This document shows, one piece after another, positions 15,027 to 27,759 of a stretch of 64,000 nt of DNA (positions are counted from its first letter, which is position 1; each line of letters begins with the position of its first letter). The position numbers and the translations under genes were made by a program. Where the stretch lies: NCBI RefSeq assembly GCF_009914755.1, contig NC_060939.1; one strand, given 5' to 3'. The DNA comes from the human T2T-CHM13v2.0 reference genome, Homo sapiens. The notes under the pieces were generated by a model, which was not told the origin of the DNA, ran no database searches, and worked only from the letters and a program-made list of their open reading frames with translations.

Positions 15027-15148
15027 TAAGAATCTAATTTGTCAACCAAAATAATCTTCCTGGGGAGATGCAGTGAACACTATGCTGCACACATAAACAC
15101 ATTGCATCACTCCATGTAGATTATTTTGGTTGATAAATTAGATTCTTA
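15027..15148. repeat. Inverted repeat: 49-bp arms (43/49 complementary), 24-nt loop
   Basis: 15027-15075 is the reverse complement of 15100-15148, aligned by hand. Confidence 0.95.
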
Positions 15149-15365
15149 AGAGGCTTGGGGGTCAAATACTCCAGGCATTAAATGTCAGTTCTACTGCTTG
15201 CTAGCTAGAGTACTTCCACAGTGAAAGCTAGGGAGCTTTTACTGACTGTCCCTGAGTCATTATTTCCTTATTTACAAAACAGAAATAACTTTGCAACGTT
15301 GTAAAGATTAGCAAAATTGTATAGGAAAGGCCTACCACAGTGCATAGGGCGTAGTAGGAAACTAA
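15149..15365 (+). mobile_element. MIR
   Basis: Degenerate MIR core (ctgagtcattatttccttatttacaaaacagaaataa...gtaaagatta). Confidence 0.55.
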
Positions 15366-17879
15366 AAACTGAGAAGGATGTTTATTCTTGTGTCTATAAT
15401 AGTAGTGTCATTTAAACCCCACCATGAAAGCATGGCCAGAATGGTTTAAGTAATTTCTTATGAAATATGTGATAGCCATTATTATCATCATTCTTGACAT
15501 TATTTTAAAATCAGCATTAAAGTTTGGTAAGAATGCTTTGAGATGAATTATTTTTTGCAAACTGAACTGATTCATGTAGAGAACTGCAAACAAAATATTT
15601 TGCCAATATACTGATTAACGACATAACATACACACTATGTGTGCTCTTTAATCCAGCTCCAAATGCAAATAAAACTTTAAAAATGCCCTCTCCTGTCTAA
15701 GAAACAAGCCCAAACAGTAGCCAAGTACATATATAGAATTTAACTCGGGGTGTCTGAATTTACTGTAGTTGCCCATGGATGGGAGAAGCAGCCTGCCAAG
15801 GCCCAGAGATGCAGGGTTTAATTCCCAGAGCTCACGGGAAGCCGGCTGATTGGTGAACGCGCCCGCACTGTGTAATTGAACATGTGCTCCCAGCCCAACT
15901 GCAGGAAGGATGAAATTTGTTAAGTGGTATCTTTCATGAGATTAAAAAAGGAAGATAAACTGTCACTGGTTATGATAGGGTCTTATTAAATTTCTGCCCT
16001 ACTAATTTGGAAACTGTGATAATCCAGACTTGGCATATATGATACAGAACAAAAAAGTGGAATTAAATGCTGACACTTGGAAATTTTACATTATGGTGCA
16101 CCCCTAGATTCTAGGGCTCGTTGTTGACTTAAGTCTATTTTGTTTCAATTCTGTGTATCTATTTTTAACCCTTAGGTGCCATCTGCTTGAGCGTTGTCCT
16201 GGTTCACTTCCAGTATAAAGCTCAGAGTGCAGGAATAATATCCAAGTGCCAGCAAAACCACTTGGGTGGTCGCAAAATGGAGTGAGGAGGATCATGAGGG
16301 CTGTGTTTCTGAAGAACCCACAGGGGGAGGCAGCAGGGATGAACTGCAAAAAAGTGGCAGTCTATGCTGCACACATCAGCCCCACAAAAGAATAACAAAA
16401 TCCAGGAGCAGAGAGCTGAGCTACCGTAACTGAGAATGGCTCCGCAGTGGGGATGGTTTGAGAACCGTGACCTGGGTCTAGATGGCCCCTCTTGGAGCTC
16501 ACTGGGACCCTGCATACATTCCCTGCCTATTGACCTCACACAGCAGTGGCTTAGCTCGGCTGAGAGGAGAACTGTCTGTTCCTCTTTGTTGGTTTAACCA
16601 TATGATACACAATCCTGTAAACAAATTAATTTCCTCTGGGACTTCTGAAAGCATGCTAACTGCATTATCATTTTTTTCTGCACAAAGGAAGCTTAGCAAG
16701 AAAACAATTATGGGATGGACTTCAAATGATCTCCAAATGGCCATAAAATAGAGATGTAGTCAACAGAGAGGCAGGAGAAAAAAAAATTAACAAGGTTTTG
16801 TTTGCTAAAATCTAGGATTCATTTGATTTTAAAGCTGTGTGACCCACTTCCATTCTTTCTCCCTTCCATCAGCTTTCTGCACAAACCTTTTGCCACCCTC
16901 ATTTTTAACATTTGTATTCCTCCTCTACTGCCCAGAGCCTTTCTACTCTGTGTTCTCCAATTCATCCTAAAATCAAGACCAAGGTAGAATTCTCGAACTT
17001 GGCCTATTCTGAAAAAAATGGACATGGCTGGGACAGAGAGCTTGTGTGAATATTCCCAATTGGTAAGGAATGAGTTTGCACACTCATTTATTCTGCCATC
17101 AAGCATTTACTGGCTGTCTGGTTTGTGCCTGACCCTATGCACTTCCTTAGGGAATGGAATAAAAAAAAATACATGATCTTCTCCTTAAAGCAACTTGATG
17201 CTTGATAGAATGACAGACAAAGCAAGAATTGAAACAGAGTGAGGTGACTGCTGTGATGGGTGAATGCTTAGAGCTAGGGAGGGGTAGAAGAGGAGAGAGA
17301 AGGAGTATTGCTTAGTTTGGGTCTTGAAAGATAAGTTACTGTTCTTAAACTACAGTAGTATACTGTTGAGGGGCACAGATGGACCATTCAAGACAGAAAG
17401 CTGCAATGGCCTGTGGGGACAGGCGGAAACTGCCACCCTCCTCCAGTCACTCAGGCCCTAAACCATAGCTGTGACAGTCTATCAACTTACATTCCAACCT
17501 CACCTGCAGGACACAAGGGAGAGAGTTGCCAAAGAGGTGGCTGTAGGTAATGGGGTATATACATTTGGATACTGGACACAGAGAAGACACAGATCCAAAG
17601 TCTCATTGGGATAAGGAAGTTAGGAGAGCTTGAGTTTCCTTGTTCTTATTAAAATATATGAACACTCCTTCATTGATTATCAATACCATCCTGTCTGAAT
17701 GCAGACATCTGGTAGTGGTCTCATGTCTTCAGCAGGAACTCCCTTCTTTTCTATCCTAGCCTCCTGTCCACATCCCAATAGGCTTAGTGAGTCTTTTGGG
17801 TAGAAAAAAATCTTAGAGCCTTTTATTCCAAATCCCTCCTGATAAGTGAAAGAAGCCAGTCTTAAACAGCTACATACTG

Positions 17880-18178
17880 AGCCAGGCATGGTGGCTCATG
17901 CCTGTAATTGCAGCACTTTGGGAGGCTGAGGCGGGTGGATCACTTGAGGTCAGGAGTTCCAGACCAGCCTGGCCAACATGGCGAAACCCCATCTCTACCA
18001 AAAATACAAAAATTAGCTGGGTGTGGTGGCGGGCGCCTGTAATCCCAGCTACTTGGGAGGCTGAGGCAGAGAGAATCGCTTAAACCCAGGAGGCAGAGGT
18101 TGCAGTGAGCGGAGATGGCGCCACTGCACTCCAGCTAGGGGGACAGAGTGAGACTTTGTCTCAAAAAAAAAAAAAAAA
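17880..18178 (+). mobile_element. AluS (Sx/Sz-like)
   Basis: Full dimer with poly(A); TSD approximately gctacat(a/g)ctg. Confidence 0.93.
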
Positions 18179-18974
18179 GGCTACATGCTGTATGATTCCA
18201 TATGACCTTAAAAAAAGACAAAAATAAAGAGTTGGCAAATAGATCAATGGTTGCCAGGGAGGGTTGAATAGACAGAGAATAGGTTTTTTGTTTTTTTGGG
18301 TTTTTTGGGGGCAGTGAAACTATTCTGTATAACACTGTAACAGTGGATACATAAAAATATGCATTTGTCAAAAACTCTAGAACTTTTCAGCACAAATAGC
18401 CTTAATATGCGCAAAATTTTCTAAAAAAGCATTTGCATGTATGCTTTTCAATGTTTACAAATGTATGGAAAAAAACCTCAGTGAAGAAAGTAGAAAGGTG
18501 CTGCCATAAGTAACTTTGGAATTGGGTAGATTTTATCAGACCAAAGGCAAAAAACCCCAAACCCTTTAATTGATAAAGTTGTTTCCCATGGGGGTATGGG
18601 TTAACAATTCTGAAATCGCTGTATGTGTATATTGGAACTGAACAATTAAGTAAATGGATGATAGATAGTGGGAAACAGGTTTCTCACTTTTGGAGTGCGA
18701 GGTTACAGACAAGCAAGGGGAGGTGGCTGGAATAATCTGTAGGTAATGGATTAGAGTTGGGGATATCAGCATGAACTCCTGTTTAGCTTAAAGTCGATAT
18801 ACCTACACAGAGGCACATATATAATATAATACATATCTATATATCATATTTAAAGATATTATATATGTGTGTGGGTCTATATTAGTATACACACATATAT
18901 TTGCTCTGTCATCTGGAAGGCCTAGACGCAATACCACCTTAGTAGCAGTGAGCACACCTAATACCCTGATCTGA

Positions 18975-19369
18975 TTTTCTTTCTTATCTTTTCTTTTTTC
19001 TTTTCTTTTCATTTCATTTCCTTTCTTTTCTCTTTATTTTCTCTTCCTTCCCTCTTCCTTCCTTCCTTCTTTTCTTTTCTTTTTTTTTTGAGATGGGGTC
19101 TTGCATTATCACCCAAGCTCAAATACGGTGGTATAATCATAGCTCACTGCTGCCTCAAATTCCTTGGGCTCAAGAGATCCTCCCACCTCAGCCTCTTGAG
19201 TAGCTTGAACTACAGGTGTATGCCACCACACCTGGCTAATTTTTAAATTTTGTGGAGATGGGGTCTTGCTGTGTTGCCCAGGTTGGTCTTGAACTCCTGG
19301 GCTCATGTGATCCACCCACCTCAGCCTCCCAAAATGCTGGGATTACAAGTGTGAGCCACTGCACCAAGC
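18975..19369 (-). mobile_element. AluJ with expanded CT-rich tail
   Basis: J-type diagnostics (gggctcaag.gatcctccc); pyrimidine-rich simple repeat at 18975-19090. Confidence 0.88.
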
Positions 19370-19659
19370 AGATCTTGTTTTCTAATATCATTCTCCAATA
19401 AAAGAACCAGGGATCTTTGAAGAGGCAATGATTTTAGGACTGGGGCAGGAAATATACAAGATAAGCCTGACACATTCTGTAGTGCTAGAAAGTCAAAAAG
19501 TGCTCAAAAAAATCCACGTCAATGATGTAAGTCAAAGGAACACATGAAAAAACTTCCAATGGCCAAAGCTGGAACAATTCAAACAACAAAACAAAGTAGT
19601 ATCAGAATAAAACTCAAAGTATAGTATAAAATAAATATCTATGCATCTATATTGATATA

Positions 19660-20005
19660 GAGTCATGTGCCACATAATATGTTTTGGTTAACAGTGGACC
19701 ACATATACAACAGTGGTCCCATAAGATTACAGTATTATATTTGTACTACAATTTTCTATGTATAGATATGCAAATACTTACTATTGCATTACAGTTACCT
19801 ATAGTATTCAGTACAATAATATGTGGTACAGGTTTTTAGTCTAGGCGCAATAGGCTATACCATATATGTGTGCAGTAGGCTCTACCATCTAGATTTGTGT
19901 AGTAAGATTGTCCCCTTTGGAACCCTGTGATGTTCACACAATGATGAAATCACCTAATGACATGTTTCTCAGAATATACCCCAGTCATTGAGCAACACAT
20001 GACTG
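19660..20005 (+). mobile_element. Tigger3a (Golem-derived TcMar MITE)
   Basis: TIRs (c/g)agtcatgtgcc...acacatgactg, TA target duplication, ~346 bp, internal gtggtcccataagatta. Confidence 0.85.
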
Positions 20006-21029
20006 TAAATGGTTGAATAGATCAATAAATGGAGAATAGACAAATCTCCAGTGCAGAATTCTAAATAAATTATGTAGTTACTTTGCCCTCAGAGAGATGA
20101 AGCCCTTTCTTAAATGCGAGCTGTAAGTTACTTCCTTCCAAAGAGTAAAGTACAAAATATGGGGGAGAGAAGGGTAACTTTACATTAGAGAAATCTGATA
20201 AGCACTTCAGCCAGGTGATTGAGGTCAACGTCAACAGTCGTAAGTTATGTTGGCGGTATGCACCCTTGATATGATGAAAATGACACTTTATTTCTGTAGT
20301 CTTCCTCCCCAAAACTCATAACCCATGTCCAATTATAAGAAAAACACTAGACAAATACCCATGGAGGGGCATTCTACAATATACCTGACCAGGATTCCTC
20401 AAAACTGTCAAGGCCATCAAAAACAATAAAAGTCTGAGAAACAGAGCCAACAGGAGTCTAAAAAGAAATGATGACTAAATATAATATGGGATCCCGGGTA
20501 GGATCCTCAGACGGAAGAAGGGCATTAGGCAAAAACTCAAGAAATTTGAATAAAACATGGACTTTAATAATGTATCAATATTGATTCATTACTTGTGACA
20601 AATATACCATATTAATGTAAGATATTAATAATAGGGGAAAGTGGGTGTGGGGTCCTATGGGAACTTCCAGTATTATCTTCACAATTTTTATGTAAATCTA
20701 AAACTATTCTAAATAAAAGACTATTTCAAAAATATAATATCAAGCATATAAAAAAATGAACAAAAAACTTTGAGCTGCCTTTCCAAATGTCATCTCCCCT
20801 TTTGGGGTTTATGATATTTCTTTTGTACGAAGTACATGTTTACTTTAATGACTTGGAATATAATAAATAATAACAGCAAAAGTTAGCATTTACTGAGTAC
20901 CTGCTGTGTGCTATTTATATCTGTTAACTCTACTAGCACAGCTCTAATATAACCCTGATGATAACAACAGTTGAGGCAACAAGGAACGGACAACAAGGGT
21001 TCACCCATATCTGGTTTTCCTCTCCTTCC

Positions 21030-21300
21030 TGGACACATGGGCCATGACTAGTTCTAATGACATGTTAGGCAAAATGGAATGTGTCATGTACAGGCCAAGA
21101 CAATAAGAGCTGATATAACCCATCCACATGTTTTGTCTCCTTTGGAAGTGAACATGGAAGCTATAAATTGAGGTGTCAGAACCACAAGATGGAAGTACGT
21201 TGGATTTCTGAGTCACCACCTGGAGGAGAGCTTCCCTGCAGCATTGCTGGAATCTGATGTGAACTAGATATTCATCTTGATCGTGTTGACTTGAACCTAA
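21030..21300 (+). mobile_element. MLT1J/K-like LTR fragment
   Basis: ccacaagatggaag...ctgagtcaccacctggaggagagc motif. Confidence 0.55.
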
Positions 21301-22618
21301 TTCAGGCCTAAGACATAATATATACTGCATAATATATGCCGTATAATGATAATATATTTATGCAGCCTTTATTGATATGAGTAGTGGTTTATCTCAGTTT
21401 TATAATAAAAATCTCTCAAAGAACATTGACTCCAAGGAATAACAATCACAAAAGGATTACAGCTTTGTTTAACACTTTCTGCAAATCCTTGAAGCTGATC
21501 TTTCCTGTTGTTTCTAATCCCAATAGCCAGCCTAAACCTTTTGGTGTAATCTCATGTATTCTGACCTCTGTTATTTCCTGCTGCTTAATGATCTTTCTAT
21601 AAATTGTATGGGAAATGAAGCAAATGTAATTACAGTGTCTGCCAGCCCTGATGCAGATAAATAGGTGGGAGTCTGGCCAAGTGTCTCCCCAAGCTAGCCT
21701 TTGGTGTCTTTCACTCACAGCAGAAAGAAATAGGTCATAAATTACAGCACTGATTTGTTCCAATGATATCATTAGCTCCTGGAAAACAAGGATCATGAAA
21801 AACCCATTTCAAATGAACATATGAGTCAATACCAACCAAGCATCTTTTGGAAAAGAGCCCTTATAAATTCATACTAGAATTCTGACTCCTAAGTGAATAT
21901 CTCTGGATCTTCAGAACATAGAAGACTTAGCTCCAGCCCATGCATCAGTCCCTTCAGACCATAGAGTCATAACCAGGCCTATTGAAAGAGCTGGTTACAT
22001 GAGACAGTCAGAGATTTACCTAGGTGAGAAAATAAAGATTAGATGGTTTGAAGCAGAGTTCTAGCCCTTCCAAATCAGACCTCCAACCCCTTTCTTAATT
22101 CTATAGTTTGTAGTTTTCAAAGGAGAAGTTGTAATAAAGAGTAAGTAAACTAACTTCTTTTTTTCTTATGGTTTTTGTTTGATAATATGAGGATAAAAGC
22201 ATACCCTTTTTTGACCTATCCCAGGATAAAATGCAGGTGGAGAAAAGGTTTTCCGTATTGTCTTTAGCCTTGACACAACAAAATAGGAAAAGATATTTTC
22301 CGATCTGGGTTGAGTAGATGCAAAGAAGTGTTTTAAGGTACATCTGTAGAGCACACTCAGCACTTGGGGACTCAGGTGCCTCAAGAGAAGCTAGAGACCT
22401 AATGTAGGGATATAGAGGCCAGGAGGACACACTGGAACACAGAAGATGACAGCTTTTGAAAGAGCTCAAGATTCTAATTTCTTGAACCAGAGGACAGATT
22501 CTCCTCTATGTCCGTTCACACTTTCAGACTTTACTCTGCATTAGCCCTCTGTTCCCCACACCTGCTTCTGGACCCCTGGGTGGTTACACACTCTGACTTC
22601 ATCAACCCTTATCCTTAT

Positions 22619-23430
22619 TGTAGGGATATGAAATTTAAAATTGGCATCTTCCACAGCCAATTCTGGTCACTATTCTTGTTACTTTAACTGATATGCAATA
22701 AAGAATATGCCTGACTTTGTCCCTGGTTCCTGGGAAGTAGCATCAAAACCTTTAGAATTTCTTAAGTGGTAGGAGTGTCTATTATTCATGGTGAACTCCT
22801 GGGATCAAACTTGATAGTCTGTGCTAAAGAGATGACTCAGGACAGGAGCTGGCTGCTCCTGCCAGAAAGACCAACCATGTGATTAGAGGGTGGGGCTTTG
22901 AGCCAGGTGATATCAGCTCAGTCTCCAGGGAGCCAAGGGGAGCTAGAGATTGAATTCAACTGCAAGGCCAAAGATTCCATCAGTCATGATTGTGTAATGA
23001 TACCTCAATAAAAACTCTGGGCAGCAAAGCTCAGTTGAGCTTCACAGGTTGTTAATATTCTGATAATGTCACACATTGATATGCCAGGAAGGTAATGCAT
23101 CCTTACTCTTTGGGGATAGAACAACAGAAGCTTTGTGTTGAACTCCCCTAGACCTCATTATATGTGTATCTCTTTCCCTTTGGCTGGTTCTGATGTGTAT
23201 CCTTTTGCTGTAATAAGACTACAACTGTAATTTATAGGACTTTCTTGAGTTCCATGAGTCATTTTAGTGAATTATTAATCCTGAGGGGGTTATGGGAACC
23301 ACCAAATTTGTAGCAAGCTGGTCAGGAGTAAGAGTGGCCTGTGAGCCTTTGAACTTGTGTCTGATGTCTTTAGTTTGTGTAGTCTTGTGGAAAACTGTGT
23401 CCCTAACCTGTAAAGTAACTGGTGTCAAAA
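22619..23430 (+). mobile_element. MER21C-like LTR
   Basis: gccagaaagaccaaccatgtgattagaggg, ctagagattgaattcaa and caataaaaactctgg motifs. Confidence 0.75.
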
Positions 23431-23514
23431 GTCAGTGAAACTAGGCATAATTAGAACTCATGGACATTCACACCCATTCCACTTCAGTCACATGCTTCCG
23501 AGGCCTCACTGAGT

Positions 23515-23675
23515 TCCTTTTACACATCTATCTTCTCTACTTTGGTTCTTATTCCGTATGATGGCAAAAAGAAATACAACTGGACTCTAAGATGATGGTG
23601 ACTCATGATGCCTGCTCCCTTCATTGCTGCAGATCTTTGGTTCTTATTAGCTCCTTTTACACATCTATCTTCTCT
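23515..23675. repeat. 24-bp direct repeat enclosing a 91-bp copy of 25727-25817
   Basis: tccttttacacatctatcttctct at 23515-23538 and 23652-23675; 23558-23648 equals 25727-25817 with one mismatch. Confidence 0.95.
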
Positions 23676-24074
23676 TCTTATGAATAATATTCCACTCTCT
23701 GATCATACAATGACCTATCCCAGTTATCAAACCATTCCTCTCTTTGCACATATCCTTTAACCACAATGAGACATTTGAACTGTTAACTTTTTCAAATATC
23801 AGCTTTTGTCTTTCTCATTATCTTTCCTGTTCAAACTGAACTCCGTAAGTGATCTCTTAAATTAACCTTATACAAGTATTCTTGATCTTCTGTCACTCTT
23901 GCCTTTCTGGACACTTGTCACACAAAACCATACTTAAGAATTAATCCTAACATATTCCTGAACCCTTCTCACACCTGATTTGCTGGACATCTGTTTAAAA
24001 TCATTCAAGTATGCTATATTAATTGATAGTCTTTATTTCAAGTGATAGAAAATCTACCCCATTATCTTAGGCTA

Positions 24075-25140
24075 AAAACTGTAAAACACTGATGAAAGAA
24101 ATAAATCTCAAATATAAATGGAGAAATATACTATGCTTATGGATTTAAGCCTCAATGTTGTGAAAGCTGCAATTCTTGTTCAAATTCAGGTATTCAACCC
24201 AATGTCAATCAGAAGTCTATATTTCTTTTGTATAACTTGACAAGCTAATTTCGAAATTTGCATGGAAAGGCAAAGCAAAAAATAGCCAAAATCACTTTGG
24301 AAATGAAAAACAAAACCAGAGGACTCATCCTATCTGATTTCAAGATTTACTATAAAGTTTATCTAACCAAGACAATGTGGTATTAGACAAATGATAGACA
24401 CATGATAGACTCTCTGTTCAATGGAACCAGAGAGTCTAGAAATAGTATATAGTCAATTGATTTTCAACAAAAGTGCAAAGACAATTCAATAAGTTTTTTT
24501 TCCCAGCACATTGTGCTAGAAAAATTGGACACTCATATGCAAAAGATAAACCTTGAACTATACCTTACACTATAAAAAAGTATTCAAAATAGATCATAGG
24601 CCTAACATAAAGCCTAAAAATTTAATATTTCTAGAAGAAAACAGAAAATCCTTGTGATGTGGGGTTAGGCAAAGATTTCTTAAATACAAACCCAAAAGCA
24701 TGATCCATAAAATTAAAAATTTGATAAATTAGACTTCATTTAAAGTGATAATGTCTGCTCATTGAAGGACATCATTAAGAGAATAAAAAGACAAGGCAGA
24801 GTCTAGGAGAAATATTCGCGAAACGCATACCTAAGAAAGAACTTGTATCCAGAATACACAGAAAACTCTTAAGACTCAATGATAAGAAAACAATCCACCC
24901 AATTAAACATGGGCCAAAACTGTGAATAGTTACTTCACCAAAGAAGGTCTATGAATGGCAAATAAGTACATGAAAAGAAGTTCAATATTATTAGTCACTA
25001 AAATCAAACAACAATGAGATGACACTATACATTTATTAGAACAAAGGAAAAAAAACAATTGCAAATGCTGGAGAAGATGCCGAACCACTGGAACTTTCAT
25101 ACAATACTGGTAGGAATGCAAATAGTACAGCCGTGGTAGC
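24075..25140 (+). mobile_element. Old L1M ORF2 3'-region remnant
   Basis: ctgatttcaagatttactataaag, caagacaatgtggtatt, ggttaggcaaagatttctta motifs; many stop codons. Confidence 0.85.
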
Positions 25141-26087
25141 ATTTGAACAAGACAAAGAGACAGAGATAAAGAAAAATAGAGACAGAATGTGTTGAAGATG
25201 GAAAGGAAAGGAAAAAGGCAGAACAGATAGACTATTATTATTCTTCCTTTCTCTACCTTCCTGTCTGCACCAATTCCTAGATCTCACAGAAAGATGTAAC
25301 CTGGAGAAAATGAACAGGCATATGATACATCCAGACAATCATATACAGCACATGTGAACTTCACAACAACCTTATATAGTTGGGCAGGATAGTTCTTGTC
25401 CTGTTACAGATATGAAATTCACCGATATATGCAACATATTTAGTAGACATCTACAGGGTTCTCCATGCGCCCCATAAATTCTACCTGTTCCATAATTATT
25501 TCCTTGGAGGAAAGTCTTTCCTTCAAAGACTCACAATTCTGTAGGAGGTCAGGGACCATCCTGTGTTTCTGGCAGAGCTGAAATGTATCCTGGACCACAG
25601 AATGGAGGATGTCCGCATGGTCTGGGTTGGATGGAGGCTTGAGTGAATTATCACAGCACAGAAAAATGTTATTTTCTCTGGACAATTTAAAAACAGTGGT
25701 GACCACTTTCTACTTTTGGTTTCCCCATGATGGCAAAAAGAAATACAATTGGACTCTAAGATGATGGTGACTCATGATGCCTGCTCCCTTCATTGCTGCA
25801 GATCTTTGGTTCTTATTGTCTATTATCTACCTTGTCCCTTCCTTCTATAATCTCCCCAGCTCCTGATATCTAAAGGCAGGACATCTCAACTCTCTATCTT
25901 AAACTTAAACCAGTTGCCCATCTTCCTGCCATTCAGCTTTTCAATGTAACCGTCAAGTACCTGCAGCCTTTCTTTTCTGGTTCTGCATTGGATGATTGAT
26001 GTTTCATTGACCTTGTGGAGGAAAGAGGGTACAGGTAAGCAGTAAAGACTCCAGGATACCAGTGATGACATTATATGATGCTAAAGA

Positions 26088-26120
26088 GTGTGTGTATGTG
26101 CGCGCGCGTGTGTGTGTGTA
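26088..26120. repeat. Alternating purine-pyrimidine tract (GT)n(CG)4(TG)n
   Basis: gtgtgtgtatgtgcgcgcgcgtgtgtgtgtgta read directly. Confidence 0.9.
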
Positions 26121-27759
26121 ATGTGCACAGCCCTTTTTTACTTTTGAGACTCCGAGACCCAGTGATAAGTGAATTGAGCAAGGCTGCACTAAGAAGACAA
26201 CTGCTGCCATCTTGGGCTTGAAGAGATTCATCTTAGAATACTGAAGGGAGAATTTTCCCCTCCACCTTTACAATCCCTGATTTGGAAAGATCTTCTCCTG
26301 TGATAATTAACTGGTCCCAGGCGTTGCCCTACTCAGCAGCAATGGATGGATAGGAGGGAAACCTGGAGATAATAATGGCAGCTTTCAGGGAATCCCATCC
26401 TGTGAAGACGTTACCTTCAAGACCAGAAAGAAAAGTTATGCTCTCGTCATTTTCCTGCATGTTGGCCCTACTACTCAGCCCTTTACCCCTACCCCATCCT
26501 TCCCAACAATGAGGAGGTGTTGAGTAACCTTGTTACCTTGTTAAAGAGACTGAATGATGCTGCCACCTTTGTCCTATAAGGAACTACTTGGTTTGAATTT
26601 CTCCAAGTCTATGCCAAACTCCTGAATGAGTTTGGCCCGCCTTTGGTTTATACTGTTTAGCCAGCCCTGCTCTAACTAGGCTCCTGTCCGCCTGAGAAAT
26701 ATGTCCCTTTCCAGACACCTGTTTGTCCTCTCCATAGCCCTGGCATGACCTGGGCAATGTGACACCCAGAACATGCCTGGATCTGTACCTTATCACTAAC
26801 CAAATCCATGTAGGAATACTAACTATTTGAATTCCTTAGCTCAGTATCTGAGTCTGAATATGCATAGATTAATATTTCCCAAATAATCTGATTCCATTAG
26901 CGATAATTTGAGAAATATCTTGGGACAGTTGGAAAGACTTCAGACCTTTTCCTTAGTCAAACTGCAATGCTTTCAAAAGTTTTCTAGCACAGTTTGGCCT
27001 GCAAACAAATTTAGTTCATTTCAGTAGGAGGTAACAAAGCTTTCTGTACCTGCCTTCTTCTGGTGTAGTTCTTGTTTGCACTTTATTTCTCTGCAATGTC
27101 ATGGGGGGAAGCCAGGTAATAAATAGAGACAGATAGTAAACAGACTCCTAAGTATTTAATGGGGTTGGTCGGATTTACGGCTCCAGTGTCGTAACACAGA
27201 ATTACCCAATTCCTTCAGCTGCTTAGTAAGTTTCACATTATCACACAAATCAAGGGTGACTCTCTTAAAGTTGTGGTGATCATCTGAATGCTTTTCTTCA
27301 TTAGATGTCAAAGTAGGAGAAAGACAACTATTTTGGAAGGTTCTCAGACGTGAAACACTGGAAGATATCTGTGAATCTACCTCCCACTCTCTATCACCAT
27401 GCCCAGGAATGTATTTCCTTTGTTATATTGACACTGGCAACTCCCAGATCTGATTGCCTTGATGTAGCCTGGAGCTACGAGAGGTCCTTAGAATCTGTTC
27501 TTGCCAGTGGCCCCTTTGCAGAATTAATAAAAAATCTTATGCACAGTAATAGCAAAGCTTTGCTCCCTCTACTTGACTTTTGGGAAAGCTTGGCTCATTG
27601 GTAAACATGTAATGTTCTTTATATTAAAACAGAGTTCTGATACTCTCAGAGTTGGGGCAAATTGTTAGCCTTTCACCAAAACTTGAAAGGCTTTCTACGT
27701 TAAGATCCAAGCTCCTGCCTTATAAATATTCTGAATTACAGTCAATTTTGGAATACTCT

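Larger units (their letters stand above)
17840..20730 (+). mobile_element. L1MC/L1MD-type long 3' UTR, host to two Alus and a Tigger3a
   Basis: gtgaaagaagccagtct, gggcagtgaaactattctgtat, ggttacagacaagcaagggg, gccaggtgattgaggtcaac motifs; ends tctaaaactattctaaataaaa. Confidence 0.8.
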
